Source of the DNA: Edaphobacter aggregans
GTDB lineage: Bacteria; Acidobacteriota; Terriglobia; Terriglobales; Acidobacteriaceae
Direction: 5' to 3'
DNA: 32,000 nucleotides
Assembly (NCBI RefSeq): GCF_003945235.1
Contig: NZ_RSDW01000001.1
Coordinates: forward strand, 3,750,001 to 3,782,000
The notes beneath the pieces were generated by a model. It searched no databases, was not told the DNA's origin, and saw nothing but the letters and a program-made list of their open reading frames with translations. A program made the translations under genes and the position numbers. Below, piece after piece: positions 18,024 to 25,228 of the stretch; the first letter of the stretch is position 1, and every line of letters starts with the position of its first letter.

Positions 18024-19898
18024 CTATTTTGATTCTGTTTTCCAGCCAACCGTGACTTTATTTGCCGCGTTCTGTTGCCTCAGCCACGTATACAGCGGCT
18101 GGAAATATTCAATCATCGGTCCTGCGTCCAGATGGTCCGTTCCTGTCATTGCTTTCAGTGTCTCCTGCCATGGCTTCGACCGCCCAGCCTCCAACATCGT
18201 GTTCAGCTTCGCCCCTGCTTCTTTGCTGCCGTAGAAGCTGCACCGGTTCAGCGGCCCCTTGTAGCCAGAGGCATCGCACATCGCCTTGTAAAACTGGAAC
18301 TGATAGACGCGGGCAAGGAAGTACCGCGCATAAGGAACATTGCCCGGAATGTGGTACTTCGCGCCCGGATCGAAGTCGGCCTCAGACCGCTGAACCGGCG
18401 GTGCGACTCCCTGATATTTCTCACGCAGCTCCCACCATGCCCTATTGAAGTCTTCAGGTTTGGTCTGCCCGCTGAAGACCTGCCATCGCCATTTATCGAT
18501 CAGCAGTCCGAAGGGAAGGAATGCGATCTTATCCAACGCCGTGCGAAGCTGGAGCGGAATATCTGCCTCGGGCGGAGGAATCTGATCGATCAGATTCAAC
18601 TGTTTCAGATAGTCCGGCGTGATCGAAAGCGCGATGGAGTCGCCAATCGCCTCGTGGAACCCATCGTTAGCCCCATCGCGAAAAAAAAACGGCTGCTTCC
18701 GGTAAGCCCGCTGATAGAAGTTATGTCCCAGCTCATGGTGCACCGTCGTAAAGTCGTCCGCGTTGACCTTAATGCACATCTTCAGCCGCAGATCCAGATC
18801 GTTGTCCACGTTCCATGCGCTGGCATGGCACACGACATCGCGGTCTCGGGGCTTAATGAACTGCGACCGCTCCCAGAACGTCGCCGGTAGCGGTTCAAAT
18901 CCCAGCGAAGTAAAAAATCCTTCACCATACTTCGTCAGCTTCTTCCCAGCCTCCAGTGGAGAAACCGGGCCAATCTGCTTGTTCAGCGCAGCTTCAAGGT
19001 CATACATCTTGAAGCTGCCAGCGTCCGTAGGCGCAACGATGTCATAGACATTTCCCCATTCCTGCGCCCACATATTCCCCAGCAGATGGGCCGGAATCAT
19101 CCCATCCGGTCTGTCTGCTGCAGCGCCGTACTTCTGAATCAGCTTGAACCGCACATAAGCATGCAGCTCCTGATAGAGCGGCTCGAGCTGCGTCCACGCC
19201 CTCTCCAACTCGGCCGAAAACTGCTCTGGTGTCATGTCATATCCCGACCGCCAAAGCTCGCCCGTATCCCTGAAGCCAAACTCCCGTGCACCCTGATTCG
19301 AAAGCTCCACCAGCCGCGCATACTTCTCTCGCATCGGCGGCGAAATCTTATGCCAGCCCACCCAAAGCTCCTGCAGTTCCTTCGGGTCACGCGACTTCGC
19401 CATAAGCACGTCGAGATCATCAATCCCAAGACAATTCTTCTGATCTCCATCAGTCGAGGCTCCCGCAGCCGCGGCTTCCGTTCTGCAATACTTACCCTTC
19501 CCATACATCCCGTCCAGCGACGTCGATACCTTCGTCAACTCCGCGACCAGCTTCGGGTCCGTAGGCGAGCCGTTCAATCTCAGCAACATGAACTTGCGAT
19601 CCAGATCAGGCGGCAGCTTCATCCCTTTAAACCGCCGCGCCCCGATCACCAGCTCATTCGTCCTCGTCAGCAGCCGCTCGTCGGCCTTGGCTGCGATGGC
19701 CTCGGTGTCATCTGTGATGAAGGTGGCTTGCACCCAGGCTGCTCGCCCAGCCTCATTGGCCAGAGCCAGCAGATCAGTCTCGGCCTTGTCCATAAATGCC
19801 TGAGCCTCAGCAACGGTAGGGGCGGCAGTCTTCGGCGTCTGTGCAACGGCAAAGACCGGTAGGAAGGCGACGGCGAGAAGAGCGCTCTTTAAGTGCAT
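18024..19898 (-). CDS. Secreted M2-family metallopeptidase (peptidyl-dipeptidase A / angiotensin-converting-enzyme-like)
   Basis: Signal peptide MHLKSALLAVAFLPVFAVAQ. HHELGHNFY (HEXXH) followed by HEAIGD (third zinc ligand Glu), at the spacing characteristic of M2. Confidence 0.85.
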   Translation of the reverse strand: MHLKSALLAVAFLPVFAVAQTPKTAAPTVAEAQAFMDKAETDLLALANEAGRAAWVQATFITDDTEAIAAKADERLLTRTNELVIGARRFKGMKLPPDLDRKFMLLRLNGSPTDPKLVAELTKVSTSLDGMYGKGKYCRTEAAAAGASTDGDQKNCLGIDDLDVLMAKSRDPKELQELWVGWHKISPPMREKYARLVELSNQGAREFGFRDTGELWRSGYDMTPEQFSAELERAWTQLEPLYQELHAYVRFKLIQKYGAAADRPDGMIPAHLLGNMWAQEWGNVYDIVAPTDAGSFKMYDLEAALNKQIGPVSPLEAGKKLTKYGEGFFTSLGFEPLPATFWERSQFIKPRDRDVVCHASAWNVDNDLDLRLKMCIKVNADDFTTVHHELGHNFYQRAYRKQPFFFRDGANDGFHEAIGDSIALSITPDYLKQLNLIDQIPPPEADIPLQLRTALDKIAFLPFGLLIDKWRWQVFSGQTKPEDFNRAWWELREKYQGVAPPVQRSEADFDPGAKYHIPGNVPYARYFLARVYQFQFYKAMCDASGYKGPLNRCSFYGSKEAGAKLNTMLEAGRSKPWQETLKAMTGTDHLDAGPMIEYFQPLYTWLRQQNAANKVTVGWKTESK

Positions 19899-20023
19899 GG
19901 CGCAGTTTACCGAATCTCGCCCTCAATTTTCTCCCTCAAAAACTAGGAGAAAGATGCGTGGTACGACCAATTGCGAGTAAGATTCCCCTGAGCGCTCCGG
20001 CGCCATTGGAGACACCGACCAAA

Positions 20024-21295
20024 ATGAACAGCTTCGGCAATCGACTCGCCGCCTTCGCCACCCTGACCCTCCTCACACTGCCTGCACTGGCCGCTGGCAA
20101 GGTCTGCGACGCCCACGCCTATGGGGCCAAAGCCGACGGCACCACCAAGGACACCAAGGCCATCCAGGCGGCCATTGACGACTGCGCGAAAGCCGGAGGG
20201 GGCACCGTCAAGCTCGCCGGAGGAACGTTCCTCTCCGCCCCCATCGTGCTGAAAAGCAACATCGCCCTCGACCTGGCCAAGGACGCAACCCTCTTCGGTT
20301 CACCCGATCACGCCGATTATCCTGCCATCAGTGAGTTCCGCGCCCCAGGCACACAATCCCTGGTCCGAGCTGCCAACGCCGAAAACATCGCCATCACCGG
20401 CGCCGGCACCATCGACGGCAACGGCGAAAGCTGGTGGAAGATCGCCCGCGCAACCCATAACGCCGGAGTCGTCGGCGAAGTCACCTTCCGCCCGCGCCTC
20501 GTCGTCTTCGACCACTGCAAACACGTCCGCATCGAAGGCGTCACAATCCAGAACTCCCCCAGCTGGCAGGTCGTCCCCTACTACTCCGACGACGTCATCA
20601 TCCGCAACGTCCGCATCCTCGCCCCGCAGCACTCGCCCAACACCGACGCCATCGACCCCTTCAGCTCCAGCAACATGATCATCGACCACGTCTTCGCCGA
20701 CGTAGGGGACGACAACATCGCCATCAAGAGCGGCATCATCAACTCGCCCGGCCCCGATGAGCCCAGCAAAAACATCACCATCACTGACTGCGAGTTCATG
20801 CACGGCCACGGCCTCTCCATCGGCAGCGAGATCGCAGGCGGCGCACACAACATCCACGCGGAGCGGATCCACTTCAAAGGCACCGACCAAGGCCTCCGCA
20901 TCAAAGCCAACCGCGACCGCGGCAACCAGGTCTACGACATCTCCTTCAAAGACATCACCATGGAGAACGTCAAAACCTCCATTCTCATCAGCGCCTACTA
21001 CCCCAAGGCGCTCCCCGAAGGCGAAGTCGCAGCCGCGCCCATCACACGCCTCACGCCGTTCTTCCACGACATCACCATCGAGAACGTAAAGTCCATCAAC
21101 ACTCCATGGGCAGGCGTCATCGTCGGCCTACCCGAGTCGCCCGTCAAAAACGTCGTCCTCAAGAACATCAATATTCAGGGAGCGAAGGGCCTCCAGATCG
21201 CATATGCAACCGTAACCGGCACAAATGTAAACATCACGGCATCGGAAGGCCAGCCAATCACAGTAGCCCCTAACGCAAAAGCAACGATCAAGTAA
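20024..21295 (+). CDS. Secreted GH28 glycoside hydrolase (polygalacturonase-like)
   Basis: From the ATG at 20024: signal peptide MNSFGNRLAAFATLTLLTLPALAAG. All four GH28 signature blocks are present: SPNTDAIDP, GDDNIAIKSG, HGHGLSIGSE and GLRIKAN. The track start at 19841 overlaps the divergent M2 gene and is rejected. Confidence 0.85.
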   Translation: MNSFGNRLAAFATLTLLTLPALAAGKVCDAHAYGAKADGTTKDTKAIQAAIDDCAKAGGGTVKLAGGTFLSAPIVLKSNIALDLAKDATLFGSPDHADYPAISEFRAPGTQSLVRAANAENIAITGAGTIDGNGESWWKIARATHNAGVVGEVTFRPRLVVFDHCKHVRIEGVTIQNSPSWQVVPYYSDDVIIRNVRILAPQHSPNTDAIDPFSSSNMIIDHVFADVGDDNIAIKSGIINSPGPDEPSKNITITDCEFMHGHGLSIGSEIAGGAHNIHAERIHFKGTDQGLRIKANRDRGNQVYDISFKDITMENVKTSILISAYYPKALPEGEVAAAPITRLTPFFHDITIENVKSINTPWAGVIVGLPESPVKNVVLKNINIQGAKGLQIAYATVTGTNVNITASEGQPITVAPNAKATIK

Positions 21296-21297
21296 GA

Positions 21298-21606
21298 TCA
21301 GCACAAATCTACAGGCAAGAGCGCGGCCCGCACCTCAGCCGCGCTCTTGCCCGTAATGCGCAGCACCTTCGACGGCTCGTCATGCCGCTCACAAGACTCA
21401 CCCCCCCGTGGAACCCGCAGCAACTCCGCCACAAACGCAATTAAGGCATCATTAGCGCGCCCATCCACCGGCGGAGTCGTCAGCGAAATCTTTACCGCTC
21501 CCGCATGAACCCCACTCACCCCATTCTTCCGAGCCCCCGGATGCACCCGCACGCTCACCGTGCACCCATCCCCAACATCCTGCACGAAGTCAGCCGCGTC
21601 ATCCAT
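21298..21606 (-). CDS. DUF167 (YggU-like) family protein
   Basis: VSVRVHPGARKNGVSG...LTTPPVDGRANDALIAFVAELL matches the YggU pattern. The ATG at 21606 overlaps the yggS stop by 1 nt (TGATG). The upstream extension in the track ORF is rejected. Confidence 0.75.
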   Translation of the reverse strand: MDDAADFVQDVGDGCTVSVRVHPGARKNGVSGVHAGAVKISLTTPPVDGRANDALIAFVAELLRVPRGGESCERHDEPSKVLRITGKSAAEVRAALLPVDLC

Positions 21607-22304
21607 CACACACCAGCCGGATAAACCCGCTTCCCAAAGATGCTGGTCCCCACACGAACACACGTGCTGCCCTCTTCAATCGCGACCCCAAAGTCATTCG
21701 ACATCCCCATCGAAAGCTGCGTCACCCGCGGAAACCGCACCGCAGCCTCATCCCGCAGCCGTCGCAACTCACGAAAATAAGGCCGAGCCATCTCAGCATC
21801 CTCCGACCACGGCGGCACCGTCATCAAACCCACAGCCTCAACCGCCTTCAACTCCTGCATCGCCTCAAGCAACGCCGTCAATTCCGCCGGAGCCACCCCA
21901 TGCTTCGACTCCTCATGGCTCAGCTTCACCTCAATCAGCACCGGAAGCCGCTTACCCAGCGCCACCGCCGCCGTATCCAGCCGCTGAGCGATCTTCAGCG
22001 AGTCCACCGCATCCACCGCATCGAACAGCTCCGCAGCCTTATTCGTCTTGTTCGACTGCAGCGGCCCAATCAGATGAAACGCCACATCCGTCAACGAGCC
22101 GAGCCGAGCCGACTTCTCCTGAAACTCCTGCACCCGGTTCTCACCAAACAACCGTTGCCCCGCAGCATAGGCCTCTAAAATAGATTCAACGGGATGGACC
22201 TTACTCACGGCCATTAGCGCAACTTCACTGTCAGAGCGGCCAGCTTTTCGGCAGGCTGCAGCAATCTCTTCATGCAATCGGGAGAGGTTGTCGGCGATAG
22301 ACAT
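21606..22304 (-). CDS. yggS: YggS-family pyridoxal-phosphate homeostasis protein
   Basis: LMAVSKVHPVESILEAYAAGQRLFGENRVQE (PLP-lysine region), HLIGPLQSNK and LSMGMSNDF, typical of YggS/PROSC. Confidence 0.9.
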   Translation of the reverse strand: MSIADNLSRLHEEIAAACRKAGRSDSEVALMAVSKVHPVESILEAYAAGQRLFGENRVQEFQEKSARLGSLTDVAFHLIGPLQSNKTNKAAELFDAVDAVDSLKIAQRLDTAAVALGKRLPVLIEVKLSHEESKHGVAPAELTALLEAMQELKAVEAVGLMTVPPWSEDAEMARPYFRELRRLRDEAAVRFPRVTQLSMGMSNDFGVAIEEGSTCVRVGTSIFGKRVYPAGV

Positions 22305-22352
22305 TCTTAATGCATCTTACCGGCAATATCCGGTATTCGGAGGCTGTTACAT

Positions 22353-22682
22353 ATGTGGACGATTCTTCTCCTGACTGGGTCAAACATCTTCATGACCTTC
22401 GCCTGGTACGGACACCTCAAGTACAAAGACGTCGCGCTCTGGAAGGTCATTCTCGTAAGCTGGTCCATCGCCTTCTTCGAGTACTGTCTCCAGGTCCCCG
22501 CCAACCGCATCGGCTCCGGCACTTTCTCGCCTTCCCAACTCAAGGTCATCCAGGAGATCATCACCCTCTCGGTCTTCGGCGTCTTCACCGTCTACTACTT
22601 CGGCGAAAGGCTCCACTGGAACCACGCCGTGGCCTTCTGCTGCCTCGTCGCCGGAGCCTTCTTCATGTTCCACAAGTTCTAA
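22353..22682 (+). CDS. DMT-superfamily small membrane protein (DUF486)
   Basis: MWTILLLTGSNIFMTFAWYGHLKYKD... Four hydrophobic segments. GGAGG 9 nt upstream of the ATG. The overlapping alternative-frame ORFs look like GC shadows. Confidence 0.8.
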   Translation: MWTILLLTGSNIFMTFAWYGHLKYKDVALWKVILVSWSIAFFEYCLQVPANRIGSGTFSPSQLKVIQEIITLSVFGVFTVYYFGERLHWNHAVAFCCLVAGAFFMFHKF

Positions 22683-22703
22683 TCGAGCTGCCGCTTTTTT
22701 AGT

Positions 22704-22755
22704 TGTCATCCCGCATCCTGAGCGAAGCCGAAGGGCAGGAATCTGCTGTCGCTCC
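22704..22755. repeat. Possible copy of a short interspersed intergenic element
   Basis: gtcatcccgcatcctgagcgaagccgaagggcaggaatctgctgtcgctcc resembles the gtcatcc..gagcgaagc..gaagg..tctgc type of short intergenic repeat that I recall as multi-copy in acidobacterial genomes. Only one copy is present in this window, so repetitiveness cannot be shown here. Confidence 0.25.
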
Positions 22756-22797
22756 GGTTAGAGGTGCCACAACCGTCACTCGAGCATAAAGAGGTAA

Positions 22798-22824
22798 GGG
22801 CCAGCCGACAGAATCGACTGGCCC
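22798..22824 (-). terminator. Hairpin downstream of trxB, candidate intrinsic terminator
   Basis: GGGCCAG-c-CGA[cagaa]TCG-a-CTGGCCC: 7+3 bp with one internal mismatch. It starts 23 nt after the trxB stop. On the minus-strand transcript it is followed by UUACCUCUUUAU, only a partial U-tract. Confidence 0.4.
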
Positions 22825-22846
22825 GAGAATACCCCATCCAAATTAC

Positions 22847-23800
22847 TTATCTGCCGTGCTCTTCCAGATACTTCTCCACCTCAAGCGCCGCCATGCATCC
22901 CGACCCCGCAGCCGTAATCGCCTGCCGGTACCGCCGGTCCTGAATGTCCCCGCAGGCAAACACGCCGGGAATAATCTCGCCATTCAGCGTAGTCAGGACA
23001 TTGTTCTTCGTCAGGATGTAGCCGTCGTCATCTAAATCCAGTAGCCCCTTGAACGCTTTGGCATTCGGAATATGCCCAATCCCAAGGAACATCGCCGACA
23101 CAGGAAGGACAGACTCCTCTTCCGACAAGCGGTTCTTCAGCTTCAGACCCCTGACGTCCTTCTCTTCAACGCCCAACACCTCTTCCACAGTTGTGTTGGT
23201 CATGAACTGGATCTGAGGATGAGCCATTGCGCGCTCTAGCATGATCGGAGAGGCGCGGAACCTCTCGGTCCGGTTGATCAGCGTGACCTTCGTCGCAAAC
23301 CGAGTCAGAAACAGCGCCTCTTCCATCGCGGAGTCGCCTCCGCCGATCACGGCAATCTCCTTACCGGAGAAGAAGAACCCGTCGCACGTCGCACACGAGC
23401 TGACCCCATGGCCAATCAGCGCCTGCTCGCTCGGCAGGTTCAGCCACCGGGCGCTCGCCCCGGAGGCAATAATCAGCGTCCGCGTATGGATCGTCTCTTT
23501 GCCAATGTTCAGCTCAAAAGGATGCTTCGTAAGGTCGATCGAATTCAGGTGAGCCATCCTCAGCTCAGCTCCGAACCGCGTCGCCTGCTTCTTCATGTTC
23601 TCGATCAGCTCCGGCCCCTGAATCCCCTCCGGCCATCCCGGAAAGTTCTCCACTAGCGTCGTAATCGAGAGCTGCCCTCCCGGCTCATGTCCTTCCAGAA
23701 CCAGCGGTTTCAGATTCGAGCGGGCAGCATAAATGGCAGCGGTAAGTCCGGAGCATCCGGAACCGAGGATGACAGTATCGCGAGTCGTGTTTTCACTCAT
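22847..23800 (-). CDS. trxB: Thioredoxin-disulfide reductase
   Basis: From the ATG at 23800 (GGGAG 6 nt upstream): VILGSGCSGLTAAIYAAR FAD fold, redox-active SCATCDGFFF, and VIGGGDSAMEEALFLT NADPH fold. The longer track ORF start at 23863 is rejected. Confidence 0.9.
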   Translation of the reverse strand: MSENTTRDTVILGSGCSGLTAAIYAARSNLKPLVLEGHEPGGQLSITTLVENFPGWPEGIQGPELIENMKKQATRFGAELRMAHLNSIDLTKHPFELNIGKETIHTRTLIIASGASARWLNLPSEQALIGHGVSSCATCDGFFFSGKEIAVIGGGDSAMEEALFLTRFATKVTLINRTERFRASPIMLERAMAHPQIQFMTNTTVEEVLGVEEKDVRGLKLKNRLSEEESVLPVSAMFLGIGHIPNAKAFKGLLDLDDDGYILTKNNVLTTLNGEIIPGVFACGDIQDRRYRQAITAAGSGCMAALEVEKYLEEHGR

Positions 23801-24208
23801 ATTGACTCCCTCAGTGTATATGCGCCACAACCCAAAACGATTCGCGCCGCTCCCAACCCCCATCCATCACATCCAATACCCCTTTCTCCCTTACGGTGCG
23901 ACGCTTATGGAATTTTCACCACGAATCCTGTCAAGCCCAAGACATAACCAAACCATTTGTTATCAGCAACATCCGTTCGCGGAATCAATCGCCCCGAACT
24001 TCTATACTTAGTACAATGGTTCTAGATACGGTGAGCACTGTCTGATGCAGAGCTTTCTCGTTTAGAAACACAGCAATCTACATGCAAACCATTTGAGAGG
24101 AATACTTTGCATGGAAGGTCCAGAGATAAACCAAATAGATGCAATACTTTAGCGCCAACCAGTGGCGGTGGGGGTACCCTTCAAGCAAGTGCGACTAGAA
24201 TCAAAAGC

Positions 24209-24409
24209 ATGGCAAACCTGACGCTGGTCTACGGAATGAGACTGCTACCCGCCGACGAGGTAGCAGAGGTGGGCGACGCTCCAATCGCCCTGAAGAACGG
24301 CAACCAGGCACGCGTCACCATGCACGTTCTCGAAGGTAGCCGGGAGCAGATCGAGGCCCAGCTCAAAATGAGTCTCGACGCCTTCTTCGACTTCTACCCC
24401 GAAATCTAA
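24209..24409 (+). CDS. Small hypothetical protein (66 aa)
   Basis: MANLTLVYGMRLLPADEVAEVGD...LDAFFDFYPEI. Third-position G/C bias like the neighbouring genes supports coding. No recognisable motif. The start is chosen at the ATG at 24209 rather than the track start at 24107. Confidence 0.45.
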   Translation: MANLTLVYGMRLLPADEVAEVGDAPIALKNGNQARVTMHVLEGSREQIEAQLKMSLDAFFDFYPEI

Positions 24410-24467
24410 AACCCATCGGTAACGTGTCCAAAGTGCGAGCGCAACCCCGCAGCACCCTCTAACCCCG

Positions 24468-24496
24468 TCCTCTCCTGACGAAAGAAAGGGAGAGGA
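24468..24496 (+). promoter_or_regulatory. Hairpin able to sequester the Shine-Dalgarno of the 24506 gene
   Basis: TCCTCTCC (24468-24475) pairs perfectly with GGAGAGGA (24489-24496) across a 13-nt loop. The right arm is the core of the GGAGAGGAGG ribosome-binding site, 7-9 nt upstream of the ATG at 24506. Confidence 0.3.
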
Positions 24497-24505
24497 GGCA
24501 ATGAG

Positions 24506-25228
24506 ATGGCGCACTGCCGGTGGACCGTACCGATTACTCCATACCTTCGAGCCATAGCGATAGCGACAGTCGCGATCGCATCGCTGGCCCATGCGCAGAC
24601 CTCGCCCAGCGCGCCCGCCGAGACCATCGAAGACGCGCTCCACCAGATGTCCGATCAAGCCGGCGTAGCCTTCGTCGGAGAAGTCACCGTCATCCGCCAT
24701 ATCAACGGCTCCAATGGAGCCTCCGGCGTCGTCGAGGTCAAGTTCCGCGTTGACCAGGCCGTCCGCGGCTGCACGTCGGGCACATACATCCTGCGCGAGT
24801 GGGCCGGTCTATGGGCCGGAGGAGATCAGCGTTACCGCACCGGCCAGCATCTCCTGATGCTCCTCCACACTCCCGGGCCCAACGGCATCACCTCGCCCGT
24901 GGGAGGCATGGCCGGAGCCATTCCCCTCCGTGGCGCAGACATAGCCCCCCGCGCCACGGACGCCACCACCACCCACCAGCCCACCATCGCCGACCTGCGC
25001 TGGGTCGCCACAAAAATCCAACGCCCGATGGTCTACACCAACGCTTCCGCAATGCCATCGATTACGGTCAATCTCTCCCAACCCATCACAACCGGACAGA
25101 CCGTCACGACCACTGCACCCACACCCGCGAACGTAAGCGACGCCTCCATCCCAACCCAACAAGCCACCGTGGACCTGGTCGTCAACATGCTCAGCGCATG
25201 GCAGAGGGCGCCTCATGCCCTTCCGTAG
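24506..25228 (+). CDS. Secreted hypothetical protein (240 aa)
   Basis: Strong SD. Signal peptide ...LRAIAIATVAIASLAHAQ. Thr/Pro-rich C-terminal third. No recognisable catalytic motif. The 3' end overlaps the next gene by 14 nt. Confidence 0.7.
   Translation: MAHCRWTVPITPYLRAIAIATVAIASLAHAQTSPSAPAETIEDALHQMSDQAGVAFVGEVTVIRHINGSNGASGVVEVKFRVDQAVRGCTSGTYILREWAGLWAGGDQRYRTGQHLLMLLHTPGPNGITSPVGGMAGAIPLRGADIAPRATDATTTHQPTIADLRWVATKIQRPMVYTNASAMPSITVNLSQPITTGQTVTTTAPTPANVSDASIPTQQATVDLVVNMLSAWQRAPHALP

Noticed and set aside
19841-20023. Upstream extensions of track ORFs for GH28 (19841), trxB (23863), VOC (2587), DUF167 (21663) and the small ORF (24107).
   Set aside because: The extensions overlap neighbouring genes or promoter regions, are Arg-rich or low-complexity, and precede an internal ATG that gives a canonical N-terminus (a signal peptide or family-typical start), often with an SD.
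21560-22183. 207-aa proline-rich ORF (PQPHP.., PPEPPHA..) that looks superficially like a secreted repeat protein.
   Set aside because: It lies entirely antisense to the well-supported yggS gene. Its composition is what a GC-rich antisense frame produces, and it has no start context.
22318-22335. Inverted repeat TACCGGcaatatCCGGTA in the 48-nt yggS/DMT divergent spacer. Similar short inverted repeats lie at 19928-19952 (TTTCTCC..GGAGAAA) and 11456-11470 (CATCAAtctTTGATG).
   Set aside because: By rough estimate, 6-7-bp inverted repeats of this kind are expected by chance at appreciable frequency in regions of this size. Nothing else supports a function.
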